A stretch of 63,359 nt of DNA, the filler included, from Neolecta irregularis DAH-3 (lineage: Eukaryota), in the NCBI GenBank assembly GCA_001929475.1. It is 7 parts of 7 records of this genome, joined end to end, with 100 filler letters (N's around TTAATTAATTAA, not from the genome) between each part and the next. Parts side by side here need not be neighbours in the genome. Positions count along the whole stretch, not along the records: positions 1 to 15,006 come from LXFE01000147.1; 6 more parts are not named here. The stretch is one strand, 5' to 3'. Numbering within the stretch: the first letter of the stretch is position 1; each line of letters begins with the position of its first letter. Below the pieces are notes generated by a model. The model saw only the letters and a list, made by a program, of their open reading frames with translations, did no database searches and was not told the origin of the DNA. Of the stretch, positions 1 through 14,672 are shown in pieces. The translations under genes and the position numbers were made by a program.

Positions 1-351
<351 letters not shown>

Positions 352-758
352 TCAGGTGATAACCATGCTTCCTAATGAACATGTCACGTGAGTTACCTGC
401 AATCCGCCGGCTGCCTTCCATGATGTTCCAGAAACGATATCGCATCTGTAGATAATTGATAAATTAGCGAGAAAGATTAAACCAGATGGGGCTATAGTAT
501 TGAGGAAGCGTCTTGTCTTTGCTGAAAGCACACGACCCAGGTTATCGAGCTTTAGCTAGTATAGATACAAAATTCGCTGGCCTGACCACCCATAACGCTG
601 TAGTACCAGCAAATTGAGTTTTCCCGGGCCCATACATAGAGTGGGTCTGAATCATAAGTAAACCACCTGCGAAAATTCATATCCTACTGTTGTTGCTGGG
701 TACCAAACATAACAAATAGATTTCTGAGCAATACACGCCTACACGGTTTCCGTATGAA

Positions 759-3297
759 TCATTGACGGAGTCTGTTTCGGAAGTCATCTACCCTCCTCGC
801 CTTCTCAATCTTCGCTGTTAACCTTTCGTAACTCTTCCTTGGTTGACTAAGTGCATTAAGAATCTGATCAGCAGAGACTTTCTTCCCAGAATTGACGGCT
901 TCCTCAAAATCATCATATTGAGACCAAATCTGTTTATTCATGACGACAAATCGCTCTCGGAATCGTGCTACTTGGTCTCCCAATATTTTATTCTGTTCGT
1001 GTGTGTCCCTGACTTCGCGATATATACGGTCCAGGTTATTCTTCTTGGAGAGCGCCTTGAGGGCGAATTCTGATGCCTTTTGACGACCTGCTTGTTCATT
1101 AAGGCACTCGCGTAGGTTATGTGTTGCTTGAACAGCTAACGTGAATCCGACGGTAATATTTCGAGCTTCATCGGATCGGCATTTGCACATTTCCAAGAGT
1201 TTAAAGCGAAGGCTTCTCAACGATGTATCCATCTTCTCGATTTCTTGTCTTTTCTCGAGATAGGCAAGCTTTACACAATCAAAATGCTTCGAAATCACTC
1301 TCGCAGGTTCGCTAGTGGGGCTTTCCGCAGATAGACCAGTAACATAATTTATTAATTTCTCGATATCAGAGACTTGATTGCAAAGTCTATGCCATTCCAT
1401 TCGAATATCATCGATTTGTTGAGCTGTAGTTCGTTTTTCGTTTCGATTGATCAGTACAGAATATAAATTTTTAAGTCCCCAATCAGCTTCACGCAGCTTC
1501 GATATCAATTGGCAGAGCTCTTGATGATTTCTATATGTACCACTTGGTACTTGAGAACCAGTCAATATGTAATGTATCAACGAATCAAGATATGTTGATA
1601 AGCCCTCTTTCATCTCTTCCGATTCCAAAAATGACTTCTGCATTCCTTCCAAGCGTGTTCGTAGCAAATCGATTATTTCATTTTGATTTCGCCGATGATT
1701 AACCTCATCTTTGATAGCACGATCTTTCAACACCACAAGCCTTTGTAGTTCTTCAGAACGATTTTTCCATTGAACAATTTGATGATTCAATCCCAGTTTC
1801 TCTATCATGAGGCTTGTAGTAGTAGCACTATTATTCCGAACGACAAAGAGTGCATTTACAATATTCCGCACTTTAGATTCAGTAAATCTGGCATGAATAG
1901 GACCTTGGAAAGTTCTGCCATTAGTCAAGATCTCAAGAAGATCGTCAAGTTGTCTGTCGTAATCACTGACCTTTTTCAAGAGGACTCTTTCGTCTATTTG
2001 AAGAGTCTTGAGGATAAGATTTTTCTCATGTAAGTTACTCTTCAGGTCCTCAATCTCAGAATCCTTTTCAGTCATTATTGAATGAAGTCTCTGTGAAAGT
2101 CTTTTAACCTCTTTCGAGGATGTTGCGAGTTCCTCCGACCTTTCTTTGATCTGTCTTCGAGTCATCTCGACATCTGCAGTAAGGAATCTTTTCTCCTCAT
2201 TCAACTTCGAGATTGTGTGTGATAATTCCTTCAGACAATGTGCTTTTTCATTATTCGCCTTCTCGAGTTCAACCTGAAGATCGATTGTAGACTGTTGCAC
2301 CTGCTGCTTCTCATGCAAGTCCAGGTTTCGGGATCTGACAACAGATTTTTCATTGATTAGAGGAGATATAACCATTGAATGCAAAGGGCCACTTGTGGAG
2401 GAAAAGTTAGCTGGGGAATTTAGTTGCAAAGATGGAATTTCAGGAATGAGTAGCAATTCTGAGCTCAGGTGTCTCTTGATATTTAGAATGCACTTGTATG
2501 ATTTGATATACAGCCTCAAGTTTCGCAGGCATTGGTGGTGGCATTTCCCCAGAGTATCTTGTCACCATCTGCAATGGCTTATGAGCACTTAAAGGCCAAG
2601 TCAATCCCTTATTCCCAAAACGCTACTTTGTCAGCATACTGATGAGATAATTCACACCTTTATATCTTGAGACTTCTGTAAGGATGAGCTCTTTGACTTG
2701 GAATCTTTCGAACCAATTTGTACCTCCAAAGGTCAAATGGATCTCACTGCATAGCTTCCCTACTTTCTTCGCTGAGATAGGAAAGCCTCCCTGATTGGGG
2801 AAGCTGGTAGGAGAGGGATCTCTTTTCTGAGATGGTCAACTTGCAGGAGTGTAATATGTATCCATACTTTTGGTCCTGTTTGTGATTCGCCAAAATTTCG
2901 ACATTCATCATCTGAGCTCTTTATTTGCGCCTGGACATTTCGTGCAAGTGCTAGTTGAACCTTTGTGGAAAGATTGGAGTTCTGATAGTCCTCACTATCA
3001 TCGAGATCGATCACAATGGGCAGACTATGGGATTAATGTATGGCTAATTAGGAAAGGACCCTGAGTTTCCTATTGTATTTCTTCGATGTCTTGACTCTTC
3101 CTGAGTTCTCTTTATTCTACCTTAGAGACTCGAGATTAAAGTGAGCGATACTTCTTTATGCCTAATGTTCTTCTCCTTTTTGAACGAGACCATTCATCAA
3201 CATCTATAACTTCACTCGGGGTTTCCCTTCTACCGATCAGCACGACTATAGCTAAGGATGGTGATCAGGTGTACTTGCTGCAATCACTACTGCCCAT
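759..3297 (-). CDS. Hypothetical long coiled-coil protein (multi-exon; 5' end approximate)
   Basis: 586-aa ORF rich in E/K/L/Q heptads; upstream coding-like segments (e.g. 2760-3014) flanked by short GT-AG intron-like gaps; candidate ATG at 3297. Confidence 0.6.
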
Positions 3298-3815
3298 ACT
3301 TTCAACTTGATAGCGGGGCGAGGAGGTCTTTGCCAGGTTGGTGAGGTGGCATAGAAGGCGAGACTTTAGCGATCAGGATCAAATATCATGAATGTCAAGT
3401 GTCAACTACGTTTCGAATTTTAAATTGATTGTTGACATCGATAATCACGCTCAGGCATCAGAAATCGGAAATTTCTTGATAGTCGATCCCGCTAAAAGCT
3501 GGGCACAAATTCTAAAAGATAAGCGTTGATTCTGATAAGAAGGACGATTGAAAATCTTCGAGGTTGGTTTATGGCCTTCATTCATCGGAGAAAATCATCA
3601 AATTACGAGCATCATTACTGTCACTCCCTGACTTTTTCTCGAGAAGGACGTAATCGTATCCATCATTGAACAGGTTTGATCAATGAATATCTATAATGCC
3701 AAGAGCTAACGCCATGCTTTAAAAATGTCAAATGCGATATACCTAACACCCAAGACAACCAGAACTTTCATTTCCACAAGCAACTGCTAGGAAAAACCTG
3801 CAGAAATATTATCGC

Positions 3816-5385
3816 TCATCCCTTCTTCTGAACTTCTCCTGGACTCAATCCTCTTTTCAATCTCAAGTTCTCGCCTTCGAGCTGAACAACATCATCCTGC
3901 TGCTTCCGAACCCGCTGCATCAACTGCATGCGTCCCCTCTTCTCGTCGGAAAGTTTGTTCTCGAGAATCTTGTTTCGCATATGGAGTTCTTCTTGTCTTC
4001 TTAATACTTCATCTTTCATTTGCTCAAGTTGTTCTATTCGTCCCTCATAGCCTGATAACAAGTTCTTGCACCGTTTGAATACATTGACACCATTTCCAGT
4101 ACCTAGGTATCGGGTCAATTCAGTAGTCTCTGCTTTCAGGTCTTCGTATTTCTTTTCAAGATATCGATTATCTTCTCGAAGAGTGGTTGCATCTTTTTTG
4201 TACTTTTTCATTTTCTCACTAAGGATTCGACCGCTGGACTCGAGACACCTAATTTCGTCCACAAGTTTTCTCTTACCGTCTTCAGCCTTTTTTTCAATGT
4301 CCTTTACCTCCTCTCTATGAGCAGTCTCAATTGTCACAGCAAAACCTTCGAGTCCTTTGTACTTGCTCTCAACCTTCGAAGACAATTGAAATTGAAGCTT
4401 CCTGATCTCTTGCATAAGAGCCTCGCATCTCTTGTCATCTACAGGAGCTCTTTGAGCGTTCTTCTGAACTGTTAATTCCTTGATCGTGCCGTGTGCTGTC
4501 GTTAATTGACTCTGCAAATCAAGATTGAGTTTGCGAAGAGTTGAAAGTTGGTTTTTAAAAGTTTCTAATTCACATGAACGAATAAGAATCTCAGACTTGG
4601 CGGCCTTCAACTGGAACTCTAGTTCTGGAATGTTTTCTTGTAGGCCAGATCCTGATAAATATCGTCTTCCATTCACGTGCCCCAACAACAATTTTTCTGC
4701 TTGCAGTTTCTCTATCATGCTCTGGGCTTCCTCGATCTCGGTTTGGCTCTCTTTTTGCTCTCTTACGAGTAACTCAACTTGTGACTGAAGATTAAATATT
4801 GTATCCTGGGCATCATCGGCATTATACGGAGGTGTATGAAAATATCGACTTCCAGTGCGAGACTTGGCAACTTTTAGTGACGCAGTTTGTGTAAGAGGCT
4901 TACAGTAACCGCAGTGTGTTCGTCTCCGCTACTTTCACTGGATGAATCACTTGAACTATCGTCATCTTGGCTTTCGTGGACAATTCTGTCCGGTCATTCT
5001 GCAGTCAACCAATCGATATAATACTCTTCTTTCTCATCAGTGGTTTCCATACTTTATATTCAGTCAAATGCTTCCTGACCAGATACATTTCTCCAGGATA
5101 TGCTTTGCTTCGTTGAGTTGTTTGATGGGATCCATCCCATTGACCTCTAGAAGTTAGATGATTGATGATTAGCTCATTGTGCAGAATACCCCATCAAATC
5201 TCCTTCCGTTTGGGAAATGGATTCCATTGAAGTGAATTTTGCGAGGTATATGCTGAATTATAAACAATTCGGTGGTCAGAAAGGTGCTCGTCGAGACCAG
5301 GATTGGTTCTGGGACAGCATATTGGAAACCAACCACCATTATTATGCCATAACTCGATCTCAAAGAAAACTTTAGCTGCAATCAA
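3816..5385 (-). CDS. Hypothetical coiled-coil protein (5' end uncertain)
   Basis: 300-aa heptad-rich ORF whose frame stays open upstream (...YNADDAQDTIFNLQSQVELL...); further upstream exons are only tentative. Confidence 0.5.
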
Positions 5386-5598
5386 GATCGGCGAAGTAGA
5401 AAGATCTTTTGAGCTAGAAAATCTTGCGTTTATTCTTGCCTGTATACTTGAGATCTACACTTCAGTTGTCCCTGATAGAAATCGATAGCTAGTCGATTGC
5501 CTAAAAAAGTCTATTTTGTAATAAATGTGGAAGAGATGCCGCTGATTAGAAAATATCCCAATAAAAGTAGTTAAGGAAATCCGCCGCATCCAATCCTT

Positions 5599-7642
5599 TC
5601 ACTCAGCATCGTCGCCTGCCGTAACTTGTTCCTTCATCTGACTGTCACAATGGACTTGTTCTTCTCCTCCTCCTCTTTGTTCCATATCTGCAATTTGCTC
5701 AACTTCACCTTCTTGACTCCTGGTAATTTGCTCAACTTCTCTTTTCCATACCTCACGTTTCCGTGCAAGTTCGGCTTGCAGTTTTGCTTCCTGATCTTCA
5801 GTCGCGAGCTTGCGCTTATCACTATCAACAGCAACCTCTTTGAGCTCTTTGCAAACTTTATCGTGTACATGAATAGTACCTTAGATTAAAAATATCAGTC
5901 GCACGCAGGGTATACCATCTCCACTTTGTTGCAGTATGGGGCTTTTCTTGTTCGTCGTCATCTTAACGTATTCCCCAAATGTATTAAATACATCTTTCGC
6001 AATCTCATATTCTTTCCGTGCATCAAGGATCCAAGCTTCTGCCATGGTATAGTATTGTTGTTCTTTGACGATTCTCTGTAGCTCCTCCTCCCATATTTCC
6101 TTCCATTTCAATTTCTTGAACCGAGCTTCAAATTCACTCAGCATTATAGAGACCTCTCTATCCATATTTGTCAGCTCGTCGAGTTTCCTCTTCTGGGGCG
6201 GAATCTTGCGATTAATTGTATCGTGTTTTAAATCATCTAGAAAATCTTGGAATATGTCTATTTGGAGGATGGTTCGCTGTTGGAAATCTTCCAAGGATTT
6301 CTGTTCTCGAGGAGTAGGGAAGGCTGATGAAATGTCCACGTTTTTGAGGCTTTGGATGGATTCAAAGGTAACAAATTCGAACGATTCAACTTGTCTACGA
6401 AGTGTCAAGATGTCAGACTTGATTTCATTGATTGCAGAAGTCGACATCGATGAAGATTTTGCCTTTGATGAAGGAGGTGGCAAAGATTTCCCGGAAACAA
6501 CCAGATGATGCGATATTTTAGTCGGGGAATTCAAAGGCGGTAGTACTGTAGGGATTATTTTAACCAATTTCTTCAGTTCATCAAACTCAGACTTGAGGCT
6601 TGAAAAATGTTCTTGGAGAGTCTTGTTGATATCAGGTTCTACAATGAATATAAGGTGATAAGGCTTGAAATGAGGGTTACCTTCTACGTGCAAGATTAAA
6701 TTCGACTTATTCCTCACATCTTTCACGTCTTCTAATTCGTACTGAACACCGCTTTCTCTATCGTGAATATAAATTGAGGGAAACGCGGATTTCCCAGGCG
6801 AGTAAGCAAATATTTCCATGAACAGTAGGCGTAACCCAGCAAAGGTAATATCCCCTTCGTGCGCAACTTTCTTCGTGGTCGAACCGAGTGTAAGATATAA
6901 TGAGATGGAAGATCGAGGCTCGGTAGTAAGCCGAAGCCTATCCGCCGGCGGAGAGAGTTTGTCAATGGGAGTCTTCTCGTACACTATTTCCCTTAGCAAC
7001 TATACTTTAAAAAATAACGCACTACTCTCTGGACTTTCAACACTTGAATCCTGTACGCTAGTTCTATTTAAACTCCCAGGTGTGTTCATTTTGTACTGAC
7101 TGTATCGCTTACTTGCCCTCCGTTCTAGTTTTTCGCTATTCTTAAGTGCGGCAAATGGATCCGGTTTTGGAGGTGGAGGAAAATTAGGAGGCCGTTTACT
7201 AGATTCGATAGTACGAGGCTCAAATCGTGGGGGAAGGGTTGGGGATTTACGATCTTGTTTAATTCTGAGACGGGCTTGTTTTCGCTTAAGGCCCTGGAGG
7301 AGCAATATGATGATTTCTCGAATTCGAGGGACGTAGTGATCAAGGTTTGCGTTGTGTGCTTCTGTGTTTAATGTTTTATCGAGCGTTATTTTAAGATCTG
7401 TAGGAATTTGATTTAAGTCGCTTGATATAGATTAGTTCAGAGCTGTCGACAGAGGCATACTTCATATCTATACCAGCTGATTGAAAGGCGTCCCTCGAAA
7501 TATCGAAGTCTTTCACCAACTTATAATAAACCGTATACACATTTTCTCTAGACACCAGCGATCTTGACCATGAAGTGACCATCTCAAGGAGCTGCTTTGT
7601 CGATATCAAGAGTGTTTGGACGGACGTCTCAACCCCATTCAT
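5599..7642 (-). CDS. BUD6: Actin-interacting protein 3 / Bud6 (polarisome)
   Basis: N-terminal VETSVQTLLISTKQLLEMVTSWS; AIP3-domain motifs LRLLFMEIFAYSPG..FPSIYIHDRESGVQYELED and WKEIWEEELQRIVKEQQ; several ~40-nt introns. Confidence 0.9.
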
Positions 7643-8374
7643 CTTGTAAATCTTAGTCTCCATGTACAATGTGACTCGAACAATACCATTGAAGTGCTGC
7701 CTCTCGAGGTAGGAGTACTTGACCGAGATAATGAACGTGTAATCTGAGGCAGCTGAAGATTTTCATGACTCATACTGCTCACTGAATTCGAGTTTATGAT
7801 GGTTATGGAGGTTTCCTTGATAAGCGCGATCGTCCGCGTGGCTACCGGGAATATTTAATCCTACCTGGCATTCCAGAATTATACATTATACAATCATATG
7901 GTTCAGTGGTTAGGACCATATTCACGATGCGGAAGAGTATTCATCCTTTGCTACAAATCTTAAAATACAATGTATTTTCCATACTAAACTAGCTTCCGTT
8001 CCACTGGTGTCAAAATATCCTGTTCGGAAACAATTATTGCCTAAAAATCACGATATGGTTTGTCCTGAATGGTATGACCTTTGTTGCTGGGAAGGGTTAT
8101 TCCTTGGAAATAAATTTCAAATAAAGCCTTGTTTACCATCCTTCTTTTCACTGAGCGCCCGTATACAGAACCTGATATTGGCGATACTTAAAGAAATCTA
8201 GTTGACCTTGACTCTTTTAGGGGGTCTTCCCCTTCGAATTCCTCTTGATGACGATCGATATTCTTACGGATCATACCAATTGATATGTCAAACTTGTAAC
8301 ACACAGGCTGCAATTGTAGAATTTTGCAGACTTAAATGACTATGATAAACCGAGAAAAAACGACGGTTGGATTC

Positions 8375-8556
8375 CTTTGCTGGATGAATAAAGCTTTATC
8401 CACTAGTCATACAAGGAAGCAACTACAAGTCTACTTATAGGAAACAGAAATAGTCGCATCGGTTATAGAAACCTAGACTTTGACAAAAGGAAAAACCAAA
8501 AAAGAGACCCTTTTAACATATCCTTTAAAAGATTACAATATCATTTTCGGACCACA
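8375..8556. repeat. Dispersed repeat family A, copy 1
   Basis: Aligns by eye with 22690-22843 (GGTTATAGAAACCTAGACT...GGAAAAACCAAA..AGAGACCC...AAAAGATTAC..TATCATTTTCG.ACCACA) and partly with 23378-23437. Confidence 0.8.
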
Positions 8557-8950
8557 AACTGTACCGTCAATTATTGTAGTAATGTTGATATTTTTCTCCT
8601 CTGGCGATGCGCAGCCCGCCACCATATCTTGAGTCATAATGCAGAATGTGGGCTCAAAACTTGACATTAAATGCCTTTCCACCGATAAAACTTAATAGTG
8701 CTCATTTCTGCAGACTTTTTACTATTACTGACTTCGAAAATACTCCAGAAAAAGGCATTTCAAGCCTTAAATGGGAGGTACTAAATATGGAGTGATTAGC
8801 TCAGCCTTGGAATCCAATCACCGCTATAGGTTGACCAATAATTTGGTATGGTATACCGCCAAAAGCAAATTGCTGTTGCAGTCAACCGGTCAATCAATAG
8901 GGTGGTAAGTAACCGCCACATACCGATCAACATCTTAACCTATAACCACT

Positions 8951-10237
<1,287 letters not shown>

Positions 10238-10519
10238 TCTCATTTTCCATTCAACCGGGGATAAAATGCAACAAAGCGATGCTATCACTCAAACTACAAT
10301 GTGTGGATTGTTGTTCAAACGAATATTCTCTGGACATTGCACGTTCAATCAATTCTGTACTATTTCCATACATTCTTTTGCATTCTTTTCCTCTGTTTCT
10401 TAATCATAAATTGAGAAGAGATATGGATTTACCTATTTTCATTTCTCCATTGTGGTTGTGGATGACTTGGTTTGAGCATTGCAAACCCTGTTTAAACCCT
10501 TTGCATCCCGAGATACAAT

Positions 10520-10600
10520 CAGTGTGGCCACCCGTCCGCCGGAGACCCGGCGGCGGCGGCGGGCGGCTGGGTCAACCATTCTCCGGCAGGCGGGCGTATT
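10520..10600 (+). mobile_element. hAT-like terminal fragment
   Basis: CAGTGTGGCCACCCGTCCGCC resembles the reverse complement of the terminus at 57731-57753 (CAGTGTGTCCAACCGCCCGTCC); GC-rich GGCGG subterminal repeats follow. Confidence 0.5.
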
Positions 10601-10922
10601 CTTCACGATTTGTTACAAGAGATTTACATTTGATGTTCAAGTATAGAGTTCTGAGTACAAGATACGATTCACTTTTGTTATCAAATGCCGCTGTCTTTAT
10701 CAGTTTGATTCCATCTTTCTTTGAAACTCAGCATGTTCGTATCCATCATTGTACTTCGACACGGTAACGTGGATGACCTCACAGCACGTCAGATTATCTA
10801 ATGAATGACTATAGATGCTACAATCGACAACCAAGACTCACACTGAAGTCCTGAGATAGCATTGACATATACATATCGGCATATGATGCCGCTATCAGAA
10901 TGGCAAAGCCAAAAACATGTAT

Positions 10923-11342
10923 TTACGAACACTTTCCTGCAATTTCAGCATACTTGATGACGAGTTTCTCCAATTTATCTTGGTTTGCTCCTACTAACTC
11001 GTCGACTCTCTGCCCATTCCTGTAAACTACAAAAGTTGGCATAGCCTTGATCTTTTCCTCGGCGGCAACCTCCTGTTTTATCAGAATATTGAATTTTAAT
11101 GGACAATGCTTACGGATTGTTCATCAACATCAACCTTGAGAAATTTGATCGAAGCGTATGTATTCGAAAGTCTGACGAGTATAGGAGCAATTGCCTTACA
11201 AGGTGCACACCTGTGATGTGTGATAAGCATCGTGACGAGAAAGAGAAATGACATACCAATTTGCATAAAAGTCAACGATGGTGTATTGATCCTTTGAGAT
11301 GTGCTCTTTGAAACTCTGAGTAGATGAGACTAGATGAACCAT
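10923..11342 (-). CDS. TRX1: Thioredoxin (WCAPC active site)
   Basis: Spliced product MVHLVSS...[18 protein letters not shown]...FLKVDVDE...[21 protein letters not shown]; 2 introns. Confidence 0.93.
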
Positions 11343-11451
11343 TCTTGACGATCTTGTAAAGCGGAAAGAGCGCTGGAAAATGGAGGCTGCCACGGTGTGA
11401 GGTGGTTTTAAGTGACAAACACCAAGATAAACCGGGTTTATTAGTTCGCGA

Positions 11452-11471
11452 CACGTGATATCACGTGATAT
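11452..11471. promoter_or_regulatory. Tandem palindromic E-boxes upstream of thioredoxin
   Basis: CACGTGATATCACGTGATAT about 110 bp upstream of the ATG; CACGTG is the bHLH consensus. Confidence 0.45.
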
Positions 11472-12201
11472 CATCGGGATAAATACGGCTTGGAATAGAA
11501 TTTATGGATATGAATAAGCCAGGTGATAAAGAGACATGGTCTGATGTAGGATGGAATCTCTTTTTGCCGAATCTCCCCAATTTCTTCCCCAAGAGAAAAA
11601 CAGGTATTAAATTCAAATTTGACGAATTGAAGAGATTCATGTGGTGCCTGCCCAACGCGGCCTAAGACAATAACTTTTCTATAAGTAGGTAGCTTTGTAT
11701 CACCTATAAATGTTGATTATAGGTGAAGTTGAGCTTGTATTTACATGCTGATCATAGATCGGTTCAGGCTTGCTCTCTTCTTAAGTACCTAGTGTCCTGC
11801 CACATCAACTATCACTTTATAATACATCCTATCTATGTATTGCGCAGCTATAGTTACCTAGCGGGGATATATGGGGGGGTTCAAGAGTATATGAGAAATT
11901 GGCGTACTCTCTAGTTCGACTTGAAGACCCAAATGTGAACCTTGATTGGGTAGGATATCCGTTTTGTGGTTTGTCCGATTCGCGGATTCCGATAGATAAT
12001 ATCTCTCGCGATAAGCATAAGCAAATGACTAGGATTATGCGAACAAGGATCACTGTAGATGACACAAATACGAAGATAACAACTCATCGCGAACAAAAAC
12101 AGACACATAGAAAGAAAAAGTCTTCAAAACCACGTCTGGATCTCGAATAACAAAATATACCAACGATTGAGACTCTACCCGAAACAGAAATCATATTAGA
12201 G

Positions 12202-14672
12202 ATGTTGCTCCCATTGCCATCGATCCCCGGATTCGAAGTTTACAAGGTTCTTGATGTGCACGAGGTTATGGAATCATCTCTTCATGAAGACGATTTGAAC
12301 TGGATACTACATCGCGATATATCCGCCCAAGCTTTGGTAGGTTTCGCTGCGTCTTATAATAGAGAAGCAGAAATCATAAATTTGACTTTTTCCACAGAGT
12401 CAAGATGCCTCGCCGTAACTCTTGATCAAGACGATTCTGCCAATAGTTTATTAAGCCAAAGACTCCTTAATAATCGACATGTTTTGAAGACTGGTTATGG
12501 AATATGGGAGGACGCTATAGCAATGCTGGAATGCGGATATCATATCATGTCCGCTTTCGAGTTTAGCTGCCATGTTCGAAAGCAGTATAAAGCGAGGGAT
12601 CCAGCATTAGATATATCGTTGAAGCAACTTTTCAAGGTTGCACTGAGTAAAACCGAGAAAGCGATGTTCGCCAAGCATGATTCAATCCCGATCTTGGATG
12701 CATGGCGAACGTTTATCTGTACTACAAAAGTGATTAAAAAAGAATCGATAAAGTGTACGTTCAACATAGATGACGTACCGGAGCAAGACCTGAAGCTTCT
12801 TCGGGATTTTGTGTACATTTTTCGACGTATCAAAGCAACTGGAAAGACTTCTTATGAAGCTGATTTCATATCATCTGGGGTCACTGAAAATGGGCTTCTT
12901 ATCGTGGAAAATGCGCGTTATTCTAGTCGAGCTCGATACGGAGCCATTGTGCGTGTCGAAACGGAAAGCGGAGAATCTGTTATCGGGCAAGTGGTTAATC
13001 AAGAACGAAAGACGAGCTACATTCTTCCTTGCCCAAAAGGTCGACTTCAAGCTGTAAAGGTGTTCTCAGATAATAGCTTAACACCCGATGAGATGTTGAG
13101 GCAAAATTCCCTGAGTGATCTTGAGCTGATTGAATCAGATGCACATTGTTTCGTAATGTCGTGCTGAAGTCAGAAAATCTCTCCGAAAGCTCCTTTATCC
13201 GTCATTTATTTTTTGGCGGAACTGACGGCTCAAGCACCGATTCCTCCTCACTCCCTTCTCTTCGAAATCTTTCATTGAAGGAGCCGCAGTTACCAAAGAG
13301 ACTCGACAGATCTCAAACTAAAGCTACTCGATTGATTGTTGGACCCCCTTCTCTTCGAAATCTTTCTGAGCCGCAGTTACCAAAGAGACTCAATAGATCT
13401 CAAACCGAAGCTGCTCGATTGATTGTTAGAAACGAGCAAGATGTTACATTTGTACACGGTAACACTCATCTTTCTCTTGGCGCTGATTCAAGGACCGCCA
13501 GGGACGGGTAAAACGACTGTAATTGTTGCGGCTGCTACAGCCTGGAGCGCAAAGAATCCAAAAGGGCTCATATATATTGTTGCCCAATCGAATACTGCTG
13601 TCAAAAATATCGCCGAAGCTTTCCTCAAGTATAGCCAGACGGATTTTCGAATCGTTGTTTCGAATGAATTTTATGAGGGCTGGCACGAGGACCTGTTTCT
13701 GAATGTTAAGGATAAGGTCATAACGACAAAGAAACTAAAGCCAGGAAAAAATATTCAAGATTTCAACACTAAGAATGGTCCAAGAATACTTTTATGTACC
13801 ATCTCAATGGCGAGCTCACGAAAACTCGAGAAGGTTTCTTCAATTTTTGCACCCGATCTGATAATCGTGGACGAGGCATCACAAATATATACGGGCCAAT
13901 TCGTTGTGATGCTTTACCAATTCCAAAAGTCTCTCAATCAGATCGTATTTTTTGGCGACCCTATGCAGTTGTCGCCATACGGAAGTGACATCATAGATGG
14001 AATAAAATCAGTTTTCGATATTCCAAAATTTATGGACACAGAGGTATTACTTGATGTTCAATACAGAATGCCTGTTCCTCTAGGGGACTTTATCAGCCAA
14101 TACGTCTATGATTCGAAGTTGATATCGGTTCATCCTCGAAAGAGCATTGAAAGTTGCCTTCGTTTTGTTCATGTTAGTGGATGTGAGGAAAAGCTCGGGA
14201 CAAGCCGAAAGGTATTCCCTTATCATTCAACTGATCTGATATTAAGAACATCGCGGAGGCCATCGTAGTGGCAGATATAGTAGAAAAATACTATAAATCC
14301 AGCAATTTTGCTGTTATCGCCGGTTACGATGCCCAAAGAAGCACGATCGCCCTAGAACTTAAAGCTCGGGGCATTCCTGAGCACTTTGCTTACAATATTG
14401 ACACATATCAAGGCCATGAAAATGACGTCATCATTGTCTCCGTGACTCGAACAATGAGTCCGGGTTTCATGAACCATATCCAGCGTTTAAACGTTATGCT
14501 CACTCGTGCAAAAAAGGTATTAATTGTTGTCGGAAACGAATCTTTTTTGAGCAGTGAAAAGATGCAGGCAACCTTGCTAGGCAAGTACATGAATCATTTT
14601 GATTATGAGGATGGCTTTGTGATAAATGGAGACGAGATTTATGAAGGGTCGGCAAGATTCCCTGTTGCGTAG
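12202..14672 (+). CDS. Upf1/DNA2/NAM7-like SF1 helicase (AAA_11/AAA_12) with N-terminal degenerate 3'-5' exonuclease-like domain
   Basis: Motifs LNRSQ, GPPGTGKT, AQSNTAVKNI, DEASQ, GDPMQLSPY, QYRM, IDTYQGHENDVII and RLNVMLTRAK; 3 short introns (first at 13101-13138, GC-AG). Confidence 0.9.

Noticed and set aside
6979..7020. In-frame TAG between two BUD6 ORFs (readthrough or editing?)
   Set aside because: Lies inside a 42-nt GT-AG intron with a CTAA branch motif.
10279..10767. 162-aa ORF
   Set aside because: Crosses a TE-end fragment; no coding-like features or family motif.
11899..12201. Upstream in-frame ORF separated from the helicase by one TAA
   Set aside because: Could be an extra exon, a uORF or chance; the sequence alone cannot decide.
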